Shown here: positions 21,301 through 31,488 of the stretch, piece by piece
Numbering within the stretch: position 1 is the stretch's first letter
How the letters are laid out: every line of letters begins with the position of its first letter
Assembly: GCA_002269645.1 (NCBI GenBank)
Contig: NIVC01003387.1
Coordinates: forward strand, 1 to 40,090
DNA: 40,090 bases
Source of the DNA: Macrostomum lignano
Lineage: Eukaryota
Direction of reading: 5' to 3'
Notes under the pieces: generated by a model
The model's database searches: none
The model's input: the letters and a program-made list of their open reading frames with translations, nothing else
Told to the model about the DNA's origin: nothing
Program-made: the position numbers and the translations under genes

Positions 21301-23336
21301 ACCATGCACTTATCAATTGCAGTCGGTTTGGACCGGAGCTCCAGAGCTCCAGAACTTTAGGCTTCATTCCAGTTTGTCTGCGTCTATCGCTTGGTGCTGG
21401 CGCCCCTTGGTGCTGGCGCCCCTTGGTGCTGGCGCCCCTTGGTGCTGGCGCCCCTTGGTGCTGGCGCCCCTTGGTGCTGGCGCCCCTTGGTGCTGGCGCC
21501 CCTTGGTGCTGGCGCCCCTTGGTGCTGGCGCCCCTTGGTGCTGGCGCCCCTTGGTGCTGGCGCCCCTTGGTGCTGGCGCCCCTTGGTGCTGGCGCCCCTT
21601 GGTGCTGGCGCCCCTTGGTGCTGGCGCCCCTTGGTGCTGGCGCCCCTTGGTGCTGGCGCCCCTTGGTGCTGGCGCCCCTTGGTGCTGGCGCCCCTTGGTG
21701 CTAAAGCCCCTTGGTGCTAAAGCCCCTTGGTGCTAAAGCCCCTTGGTGCTAAAGCCCCTTGGTGCTGGCGCCCCTTGGTGCTGGCGCCCCTTGGTGCTGG
21801 CGCCCCTTGGTGCTGGCGCCCCTTGGTGCTGGCGCCCCTTGGTGCTGGCGCCCCTTGGTGCTGGCGCCCCTTGGTGCTGGCGCCCCTTGGTGCTGGCGCC
21901 CCTTGGTGCTAAAGCCCCTTGGTGCTAAAGCCCCTTGGTGCTAAAGCCCCTTGGTGCTAAAGCCCCTTGGTGCTGGCGCCCCTTGGTGCTGGCGCCCCTT
22001 GGTGCTGGCGCCCCTTGGTGCTGGCGCCCCTTGGTGCTGGCGCCCCTTGGTGCTGGCGCCCCTTGGTGCTGGCGCCCCTTGGTGCTGGCGCCCCTTGGTG
22101 CTGGCGCCCCTTGGTGCTGGCGCCCCTTGGTGCTGGCGCCCCTTGGTGCTGGCGCCCCTTGGTGCTGGCGCCCCTTGGTGCTGGCGCCCCTTGGTGCTGG
22201 CGCCCCTTGGTGCTGGCACCCCTTGGTGCTGGCGCCCCTTGGTGCTGGCGCCCCTTGGTGCTGGCGCCCCTTGGTGCTGGCGCCCCTTGGTGCTGGCGCC
22301 CCTTGGTGCTGGCGCCCCTTGGTGCTGGCGCCCCTTGGTGCTGGCGCCCCTTGGTGCTGGCACCCCTTGGTGCTGGCGCCCCTTGGTGCTGGCACCCCTT
22401 GGTGCTGGCGCTCCTTACCTTACTTTCGCCCCCCACTCCAATAAAAAATTCTGGCTACGCCAAATGAATTGATATGTTCATAGCGACGAAAGAGTACGAG
22501 TAATGTTATGTAAATGTAATGTACAGTGTGCGAGCCGTCTGATCACACTAAAATTTGATGGGGTGAAATGCCCTGCAAGGACAGCAGCAAGAGATCGCGA
22601 GAGCATGCAGGCCTCACCGGTAGAAGAACGCGTACTGCTCCTTGGAGCTCGTGCGGCCAAGTCGATCGCTGATCGCCATGGCGTAGCGCCTGCCGGCACC
22701 CACCCGGTTATTGAGCTGGTCCAGCAGGCTCACAATGGCCCGACCTGTGGCGTCTCGGATTTCCATGATGAACACAAGATCGTAGCGTTCGAGAGTCTGC
22801 AGGAATATAGCGGGGGCGTTACCGCGCTAGTCCATAGGTACACCTGCCAGTTTCTGCATGAATAACAATGACCACATGTGCAACCGACAGCTCAGCCTCA
22901 GCTATTTGCGCGGCGCATCTGAAGGCTGCGTACGGCTGTTCAGTCCAAGGACTGGGGGGTCGCCACACGCACACACTCTCAATTACCCCAGCTAATGCTG
23001 GCACCCATTTTACAGCTGGGTGAACTGAAGCAATGCAGAGTTAAGTTTCTTGCTTAAAGTTAAATTGTTCCAGTGGGATCGGGAATCGAACCTCCGACCC
23101 TTCAAGTCGTGAGTCCGACCTTCTAACCACAGGGCTACACAAACACAAGCAACACATACCTTGAGCAGAATGTTCACAACGTGCGGCTTGGACATTTTGG
23201 TGACTCCAAAGACCTGAATGTTGAAGGAGCCAATTCTAATGGGCGCCTGGCTCAGTTCCGGTAGCTCGACAGCCGGTTGCCTAGCAACCGCAGCGAAAGC
23301 GCCGCATGCAGTTATCAACAGTAGCAGAAATCGCAT
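18365..23336 (-). CDS. Secreted DNase I-family endonuclease with C-terminal extension; exons 23336-23160, 22796-22618, 21063-20963, 20532-20417, 20166-19915, 19104-19053, 18828-18365; 446 aa
   Basis: Signal peptide MRFLLLLITACGAFAAVA, then IGSFNIQVFG, RYDLVFIMEIRD, LGRTSSKEQYAFFYR, YQYDDPQDLFERPPY, GLHTSP, IVGDFNADCTY, CLYDHIV and EVSDHYPVE, i.e. the full DNase I motif set. All exon phases join into 1341 nt (447 codons). Minus-strand AATAAA at 18241-18246. The last junction (a|gtaaga at 19052 to cgcag| at 18829) is less certain than the others. Confidence 0.9.
18850..19005. repeat. ~29-bp tandem repeat (ggagctatgggagaattgggatcctgatt), ~5 copies, in the last DNase intron
   Basis: Directly visible. 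Confidence 0.85.
19321..19796 (+). mobile_element. 5'-truncated RTE-like non-LTR retrotransposon in DNase intron 5
   Basis: SIFLYGLEVVPIT...LNAAFRAPLRFSLNIRYP...PPLSDTLRRR..RLLKRVLR resembles the post-RT C-terminus of RTE-type LINEs. The 3' end is an (ACT)n tail, and tatcaccc flanks both ends (19313-19320 and 19797-19804) as a candidate 8-bp TSD. Confidence 0.75.
21391..22412. repeat. 16-bp GC-rich minisatellite (ggtgctggcgcccctt), ~64 copies, in DNase intron 2
   Basis: Directly visible. Variant ggtgctaaagcccctt units cluster twice, 208 bp apart. Confidence 0.97.
22990..23140 (-). mobile_element. tRNA-derived SINE with CORE-like body in DNase intron 1
   Basis: The minus strand reads gTGTAGCCCTGTGGTTAGAAGGTCGGACTCACGACTTGAAGGGTCGGAGGTTCGATTCCCGATCCC (A-box- and B-box-like), followed by gcaagaaacttaactctgcattgcttcagttcacccagctgtaaaatgggt, which is similar to the CORE-SINE central domain. 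Confidence 0.65.
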
Positions 23337-23889
23337 GCTTAGAATTTTTATATTAATTATTGTTAATTAAGCCATTTAAAGTTAATTAAGGCTTCGGCAT
23401 CCCATTACAATACTCAACTCGATCTTAATTTTAAGCAGTTTTACTATCGCAATATCCCCTGGCCGATCTTATCTACATGTAGCTCGTAAAGCAGAATTCG
23501 ATTTAAAGCAGCCATGCCATGCGTGTACACAGGTTGTTGGAGGCACACGCAGTGTTGTCCAAGTTCCAAATCAGACACCACCAGCTGGCTAGCTGCCCAC
23601 GAACTATAAGCCCCTTGGGTATTGTCTGGTCTGAATAGCTCCAATGGGTATGCATCGCTGGCATGGTTATAATTCATAAGCATGTTCCTTTAAAGTTAAC
23701 AACAGCAGCGCGCGCTAAAAGTCTACAAGAATGTGTATTCACAGAAGTGCCACAAGTGAATGCTAAGTACGCTTTTGCGCAACTTGAATCGCGAGACACC
23801 TAACCAAGGGTCTTTTCTGAATTTCTCACCCTCGTACAAGCTATAACGCACGCCCGACTGTATATTGATTAGAAAATATATATAGGGTC

Positions 23890-24150
23890 GCCATCACAAA
23901 CCCGAAAAATCACAACTCCGAAAGCACTTCCCACCATAAACCCGAAATATCATAGCTCCGAAAGTGCTAGCAACGCCCTATTTTGGTTTTCGGAGTTATG
24001 ATACTTCGAGTTTGTGTTTTTGTGTTATTATCGTGTTTGTGATACTTCCGGTTTGTGATATTTCGGGTTTTGATACTTCGTGGTTGTGTTATTTCGGGTT
24101 TGTGATAGGGTTAGGGTTCGGGTTTTGTAGTTGTGATTTTTCGGATTTTA
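23890..24150. mobile_element. Foldback/MITE-like element built of inverted ~22-nt subrepeats with an internal telomere-like tract
   Basis: atcacaaacccgaaa (23893-23907) pairs perfectly with tttcgggtttgtgat (24092-24106). aaaatcacaac pairs with gttgtgatttt. agggttagggttcgggtt lies at 24107-24124. Confidence 0.5.
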
Positions 24151-24397
24151 AATTCTCCCCTCCCGAGTAGAAGAATGAGGACGCGATTTTTCAATCTTAG
24201 AGTTGTCAACTCCCATTCTCATACTCCCTAGTAGGCTATAGTTTTTTATTTTTATTCTTTATTTAATCTCGGACCGGTGTTATACTTTCGGATATCCGTG
24301 TCTTGTGTTGTCCGCCCAGATACAAATTACAAGTACCTTCTGATCTCCCCCGGATATTTCGAGCATCTTAAAGTATCCGGTCCGGATATCTCAAGCT

Positions 24398-26142
24398 GCT
24401 TTGCGTTCTCCGGGGTGCTTGCAGTCTCTCCCCCCCCCGGAAGTCACAAGCAGATTGAAATATCCGGCCGAAAAAAGGTTCGCTTTGCGATAGATATCCG
24501 GATTGTGAAGTCCGGGTCAATGAACGATTTGTCAGTTTAATATTTTCAAAGCCTAAAAGCAATAAATATCAAATTTTAAAAAGTTCCAAGCAGTTTTCTT
24601 TTTTATTTTCAATCAATTAGTTAAATTACGAGCGTGGTTAGTTAGTAAGAAGTTAGTTAGTCAGCAGATTAGTTAAATTAATTAGTTACTTCAATTAGTT
24701 AAAAGTCACCAGAATAATTGCATGGGGAAGCACTTCGACTACGAATATAAGGTTCGGCCTGCGTCCTGCTTCGCTTCAGATGTACTCCATTGACACAGCG
24801 CTTTAGGCCAGCCAACTGGTAGACGTTTCCTCCCACGCATCTGCGCACTGGGTACGTTCAGTCACTCCAAGTGGATAGAAGTTTTCCGCCTTTTCGATCG
24901 TCGCGACGGTAATTGCGAAGTCTAACTAGCATGCCAGGTTTGATTGTCTCCATTCCTTTGGCAATCCTCGCGTGACGTTCCCGTTTGGTTTAGCCTCTCA
25001 GTTTGTCCATTCGTCTGAGGATAGTAAGCACTCGTTACTCGTCTTTCCGTACTGCCCTCCTGTAGCAAAGCCTCGATGATGGAGTTGCAGAATTCCCTGT
25101 CTTGATCACTCAAATAGGCTTTTCAGTTCTCGAGCGATCGTGTCGGCTCGTACACTTGGTATCGGTCGAAAAAACTTCAAATTTCGTAAATTCGCAACAT
25201 AAAGTCAGGATATATCGATTTCCACTCTCAGTTGTGGTCGGCATTGTAACGCAATCCAAGCAGAGGAAGCCGAACAATCGTTGAGCGTCAGTAAGCACCT
25301 CAATCGGATGTATTTCACGCTGTTTGCTGGTGAACTTCTTGTTCTCACATCTGTTCTCGCGTCTTCTACATCACTTTACTACCGACTCTACAATTGGTGT
25401 AACAGTCACATCGCTGTAGAATCGCGCGGTAAAGAGGCCAATGGTGCTCTTTATTCCCATCATGTGACATGACTCGACGTGCAGTGTTTTAATCTTTTCC
25501 CTGACTTCATCCTTCGTAAAAAGCACACGCCGCGGCTGTTCTGGGCGCCTTTTCTTGCTGCAGTTCCGGTTTCTCACTTTATAGAACAATTGACCGTCTT
25601 GGAAGAAAAAGGCTTTACTTTTTTCTCGAATTTTGCGCTTCAAATTGTCCTTCACTTTTTCTGACAAGTCTCCGAGAATGTCGACGTACTCGTTTTTCAA
25701 TGAATAAAATAACACTTGGTTTAAAGTCGCCTTTGCCATGTCTATCTCCACTTGAAAAAAAGTAACTCAGTCACATTTGCAGCCTTCTACGAGGGTAAAA
25801 TCTTAATTAAATAGCTTTTAAAATACACTGAGCATCAGAGAGAATGAAGTATATATTGTGCAATTACACTGAAAACTCAGCTAGAGCTCACCCTGCTAAG
25901 TACACAGATATGTTAGCTGTTTGCATATAAGGCCTTGTGAGTCCCTGCACATGCGACAAATTATTATTTGGAAGAGTTTTAGCCCCGTGGCTGTACACCG
26001 CTCATGTACATTTTTAGCCCCGGAGATCTCAAATAAGGGAAAACGCAAGGCACACTTGTTTCCGGGACTGAAGATCGCAAACCAGAGTCACATTTGTTGC
26101 GATCTCCGGCCGGAGACTGCAAGCGCACGGAGATTGTAAAGC
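24398..26142 (-). mobile_element. Degenerate Ginger/GIN1-like integrase DNA transposon (coding remnant 25751-24699)
   Basis: The ORF starts at its own ATG with no RT/RNase H upstream. It shows FFFQDGQLFYK...PRRVL...LH...H.MG...RFY (zinc-binding region), then a TGA, EIHPIEV, LD...T..GNRYILT....FTK, SDQDREF, TSAYYPQTNGQTERLNQT (DDE core) and VRLRNYRRDDRKGGKL...W....YPV...GGNVYQL...VNGVHLK (GPY/F-like module). An imperfect inverted pair at 24398-24428 / 26113-26142 includes a perfect 12-bp match. Confidence 0.75.
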
Positions 26143-26185
26143 CTAACACCGGGCTCGTCCAATCAGAAAATTTGACGCTTTGGTA

Positions 26186-27164
26186 CGAGGGGTGTCCAAA
26201 AAGTCTTAGGACTTTTTCACATGACTCTTTTTAACAGTCAGCAAGAGTAACAGCAACTGATTTATTTCATGGCGGCTTTTCTTACAAATGATACAGTGAA
26301 ATAATTTTGAGATTATCACAAACTTATCAAAAGTTTCGCCTCCTTAACTGCAGTGGGTACTGCATCTCAATACATGAATAATAGGAACTTGGATGCTGCA
26401 TATGGAGCACCAGAAAACATTAAGTCAGTTGTCGTTCAAAAAGTTCAAATGTCTTCCTTAGTGGCAACTGAGACCTTCTCAATATAGTCACCCTTCAGTT
26501 GGATGCATTTAATTCAATTCCGGGTAAGCATGTCGTCAACGGCATCCACATACACCTGCCTTAGAATTTCGTGGACAAGAACAGCAGCCAAGACAGAACT
26601 GCCCAAGGCAGTTAGTCCTGGATACTGCTTCAAGCCCATGAATCGTGCTCAGCTGTGTCAAAATTTCAGCACCGTTCAACCTCATACACCAGAGGATGTA
26701 GGCCGAGCAATGCTGTGCTGTCTAGCTTTGAATGGATATCCATGGATCCACAGATTTGGAAAGAAATTCTGGCAAACACTTTGCAACAAAGGCTTCAGCT
26801 TGCGCTGCGTCTCAAAATGAGTCTTTTTCAGTTTCAGAGTGCCACACAAGCAGATGCAAAATCAAACTTGTACCATAGATGTAGACAGTGAAATGTGGCA
26901 CACGCTTGAAGAGATTTTTCGCACTGCAAGTTTGAATTTGGTTAATTTCTGTAAGATTTCAAAATTGCAGCTCCAGTTCCTGTTCATGAATTGATATGCA
27001 GTACCCCACTGCAGTTAAGGAGGATTAAGTTCGTGATATTTTCAAAGTTCTTTCACTGTTTCATTTGTAAGTAAAGCCACTATGAAATAAATCAGTTGCT
27101 GTTACTCTTGCTAACTGTTAAAAGGAGTCATGTGAAAAAGTCCTAAGACTTTTTGGACACCCCG
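26186..27164 (-). mobile_element. Internally deleted Tc1/mariner element with ~200-bp TIRs and TA target duplication
   Basis: TA|cgaggggtgtccaaaaagtcttaggactttttcacatgact... at 26184 mirrors ...agtcatgtgaaaaagtcctaagactttttggacaccccg|TA ending 27166. The TIRs align over ~26186-26400 / ~26965-27164. Minus-strand remnants LNGAEILTQLSTIHGLEAVSRT (mariner N-terminal HTH) and KCIQLKGDYIEK (mariner C-terminus). Confidence 0.9.
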
Positions 27165-29546
27165 TATAACAAGTCGGCCGCTGCAGAAGACTAGTTAAGG
27201 GCGGCTCGAAAAGGGCGTCTGGCCCCTTCCGCTCATACCCAGTTCCAACCGACGTGTCTCTCTGCTCTCTCCGGCAAGGACTCCTCGCTACAAACGTATA
27301 TCCAGCGCCTTCTACATGTACGTCCCACGAGAGCACCAGATGGTTAACATCGCCTCTCCACGGGCACCAGACTCCCCGGATCTACATCACCTAAGGACAA
27401 CAGAAGCACACGTACGGTGGGCTTCCTGGCCACCGGCAGCTTGAAAATCTGATTAGTTGGTGAGAGGCCAGCTTCTAGACCCATGCTTTTATCGGGTGCA
27501 CCTATCATCCGAACTCCTGTTCAGTTTCTGGATAGTATTTGCATTTTTGCATATTTGCTTTCATGCGGTGAATCTGAAGCAACTGCAGTTCAAATTTATT
27601 AAACAATTGCTTATAGTTTGAAGAAGCGTGAATTTAGAAGGAAAGCTGAATTCAATCAAAGTTTGAAAGCTTTCTTTTTTATTGTAATGCTGTCAAGAAT
27701 TGGCGAGTGGCCAATTTTTTGAGGCAAAGTTTGCATGCAGTGGGCCGAAAGCAATGCAGCTTCCAGTCGATCAGCGCCTGTCAATCAGGATCAGATTCCG
27801 AAATCAGGCAAACCATCCGACAGGTATGTACTTTTAGTGACAGGAATGAGTCATTAGTCGGTCTAATCAGGGGATCACTTAAAGGCTCTGCGATTATCAG
27901 CGCTATCTGCCGCCGAGTTGACACATTTCAGGCCAAAAGCGATTAATAATGACATATATACATGTAGCTCGACCGTATTTTCTGAGAATTCAATAACAAC
28001 AGCTGTGCATGTAGCATGTAGACTCGCCACCGCAAGAACCCCTGCAAAAAGTCCTCTCTCTGTCCCTGGATGATCAATGCAATGCAGTCCCAGCAGTGTC
28101 CCTTCAATCTACCGGGCGCAGTCGGAGACTATCCGAGAGTTTTGTACGTAGTGGTGTGTAGATCAAAGACCGAAAAACCCATGCAACAAAGAAGACCCAG
28201 GGTAAACTTAACTGAATATAATAATGCCTCATCATCTACATGTACATTTAATTAGGTCTTGGAAAACCGCGAGAACTCGTTCAATTGTTCAATTGTTATG
28301 AAGGGGCGCAATTGAATAAAGTTGCAAAGTTGTTTTTTCTTTTTTTCTTTAAGAATGAAATCAAGCTATTAAAAACTTGTCAAAATTTGCGAGTACGGTA
28401 TATAACAGCTAATCATCATTAATATCGAAGACAAACGTAACCGTAAGACCGGTACACATTATCGCTACTAACTCAGTGAGTCTAAAATTGCTCAAATCAA
28501 TGTACAGTTAGCTTTCACTAATTTTAAAACTGGTTTGAACAATCTTTGACCCACAGAGCTACTAGCGTAAGTTAAATCATTACGTATTCAGTATATTTCA
28601 GTAATATATTATTATGGATCTCCACTCCGGTTATTAATTATATGCTAATAAAGTCGCCATACGAAAAACAAAATAAACCATTTATAAAAAAATTAGATAA
28701 AAAACTAAACAGAAGACTAATTTTGTGTAAGCAATCAATGTGTACGCACACTGCAATCTTGTTAAGTAAAATTGGACACCGATTTATACATTTTTAATTG
28801 CGAGAAAAAGTATGGTTAACATTTGTTAACTGATGAAAATGTTAAAATCAATTCATATCAATGTTATTAATGCAGTATTATAAACCAAAATGTATTACGC
28901 TCTTATACCAACTTCATAACAGGGGCGATTGACTAATGAATTGCTTCTAGAAATGGAAGTAGAGTAAATCGATGCATGCAATGCAAAATTTTGGTTTAAA
29001 AACAAAATTAGAATACAAAAAAACAATTTATGATTATTCTCCCATATAATGACAATATTTAACTATTTAAAAAACATGTTGACGCAATGAGACAGTACTG
29101 ACTATGAGACTATGACCTATTGACTATGAGACTATGACCTATTGAATATGAGACTATGACACTAAAACTGTAAGTCTTAGCGAAACAATATTGTATTTAG
29201 ATCTACTACGTAACTTTAATTTTTCGAGTATATAGCTAAGATCTGGCCAGCGGAAAGACCATTGAAAGCTACGTTGGCACCAGAAAGTTTTAAGTCTTGA
29301 GATCCTGGATGGGGGTGACAATGACAAGAGGCCCAGCACGAGGACCTGGAGAAGTAAATATTTTATTTAAACATTTTTAAGTTCAACTTTTTCTAGTGCT
29401 TAAACAAACCGATTAACGAATTTTAGGAAACAAGGAGACACCAGAAAATGTTTTATCTAGAGGCTTGCGTATACTCATGAATAATCTTTATTTAAATGGC
29501 GAGTCAGATGGATTTTAATTTATCAACAAAGCCAGGCCGTGAAAAA

Positions 29547-31488
29547 TCAATTGGAACTCTGATGCACAGCTTCCACTGGGCTGGCTGCTGATTCCGAATC
29601 TACAGGTAGCTTCTCTGCGTCGGTAGAGTCTCCAGTATTGGCAGATTCTCCTTCGGTTGGGTTTGCCGATTCCATAGATTCTTCGGCTTTGTTGGCAGAT
29701 TCTGCTTCATTAGGCTTCGCTGATTCGGTAGATTCCTCGGCTGCATTGGCAGATTCTCCTTCTTCATTAGGCTTTGCTGATTCGGTAGATTCTTCGGCTT
29801 TGTTGGCAGATTCTGCTTCATTAGGCTTCGCTGATTCGCCAGATTCTTCGGCTGCATTGGCAGATTTTCCTTCTTCATTAGGCTTCGCTGATTCGGTAGA
29901 TTCCTCTGCTGCATTGGCAGATTCTCCTTCTTCATTAAGCTTCGCTGATTCGGTAGATTCCTCGGCTGCATTGGCAGATTCTTCTTCTTCATTAGGCTTC
30001 GCTGATTCGGCAGATTCTCCTTCTTCATTAAGCTTCGCTGATTCGGCAGATTCTTCGGCTGCATCGGCAGACTCTCCTCCTTCATTAGGCTTTGCTGATT
30101 CGGTAGATTCCTCGGCTGCATTGGCAGATTTTCCTTCTTCATTAGGCTTCGCTGATTCGGTAGATTCCTCGGCTGAATTGGCAGATTCTCCTTCTTCATT
30201 AGGCTTCGCTGATTCGGTAGATTCTTCGGCTGCATTGGCAGATTCTCCTTCGGTCGGTTCTTCAGCTGAATTTGGTGCAGATAATTTTACTGTTTCCTCT
30301 GCTAGTGGGGCAGATTTGTCTACAGACTGACTACTGTTTTGTTTCGTAAGTGCTTCATTACTGATACTACTGGCTGGAGCCTCCTTAGATCCGGCACCAT
30401 CCTCAACATTATTCTCGATTGCATTTCCCTGTAAATCTTTCTCAGCATCTTTGTTTTCGACCTCATCTTTTCCATCTTCATCTTCGCCACCAGCCTCCTC
30501 ATTTCTGTCTTCATCATCTTCACCACCAGCCTCCTCATTTCCATCTTCATCTTTGCAACCAGCCTCCTCATTTCCATCTTCATCTTCGCCACCAGCCTCC
30601 TCATTTCTGTCTTCATCATCTTCGCCACCAGCCTCCTCATTTCCATCCTCATCTTCGCAACCAGCCTCCTCATTTTCATCCTCATCTTCGCCACAAGCCT
30701 CCTGATTTCGATCTCCATCCTTAATGCCAACCTCATCATTTCCACCATGATCATTTCGTTGTCGTTGACCATCGCCGCGACCTCGACCTCGCCGTCGGCC
30801 TCTCCCACGAGGACTGCGACCGCGTTGACCCTGACCCCAACCCCTTTGAGGCGGGCGTTGACTAATGTGTCCACCGCTTTGACGGTTCGGGTTAAAACCA
30901 CCACCACGACCGCCGTTCGGGTTAACGACACGACCGCCACGACCGCTGTTTGGCTTAACGACACGACCACCACAACCAGCGTTCGGGTTAACGACACCAC
31001 CACGACCGCCGCCACGACAGCATTCATTCTGAATAGTGACGACAAGTCCTCCATGTGGAGTGTGAGTAAACTCGCGATCTACCGGGGCTGTAAAATGTGA
31101 ATTCGATCAAACAATATCAAGAGCCACGAAAAAAGATTTAAAATATTGCAAGGGAAACCGCAGACTCACATTGGTACAGCGGCCAAGGTCTCCTGCCACG
31201 ACCCCTGCCTCGGAAGCCATGATTGTCATTCCATCCTTCTCGATGGCCACCAGAAAATCCTGCACCTCCTAGGTGACGACCCCCACCGCCTCTCATAAAA
31301 CTGTTGTCTCCTCCGCCTCTAAAATAGCCGTGGCCCCTATCAAAATGGTTACTTCCTCCATTGCCTCTACTATAGTAGTTGTCTCCCCTACCGCCTCCTC
31401 TGAAGTGGCCATGGCCTCTATTAAAACTGCTATCTGCGTCGCCACCTCCTCTTCCCCGATAATATGCTGCTTGAGCTTCTTGATCCTC
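29547..31488 (-). CDS. RGG-rich plus highly acidic repetitive protein, last two exons 31488-31170 and 31087-29547 (619 aa visible, 5' end unresolved)
   Basis: tttcag|GAG...CAA T|gtgagt (exon of 319 nt), 82-nt intron, ttacag|CC CCG... The frame is open to TGA at 29549-29547, with minus-strand AATAAA at 29487-29492. It reads YYRGRGGG..FNRGHGHFRGGGRG..., RGGGRGG..., (NEEAGGEDEDG)n and (GESANAAEESTESAKPNEE)n. Confidence 0.8.

Noticed and set aside
21273-22472. Many long ORFs (WCWRPLVLAPLGAGAP / APRGASTKGRQHQG)
   Set aside because: Translations of the 16-bp intronic satellite, which has no stops in any frame.
23071-23140. Possible functional tRNA-Val(CAC) gene
   Set aside because: The acceptor stem does not pair convincingly and the sequence continues into a CORE-like body, so it was called a SINE head.
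27167-27450. Possible RTE 3' fragment (RRLVKGGSKRA...RQGLLA)
   Set aside because: Similarity is too short and degenerate to support without a search.
29600-31100. ORF-track proteins MQPKNLP..., MADSPS..., MEDLSS..., MIISLS...
   Set aside because: Off-frame or antisense readings of the RGG/acidic exon.
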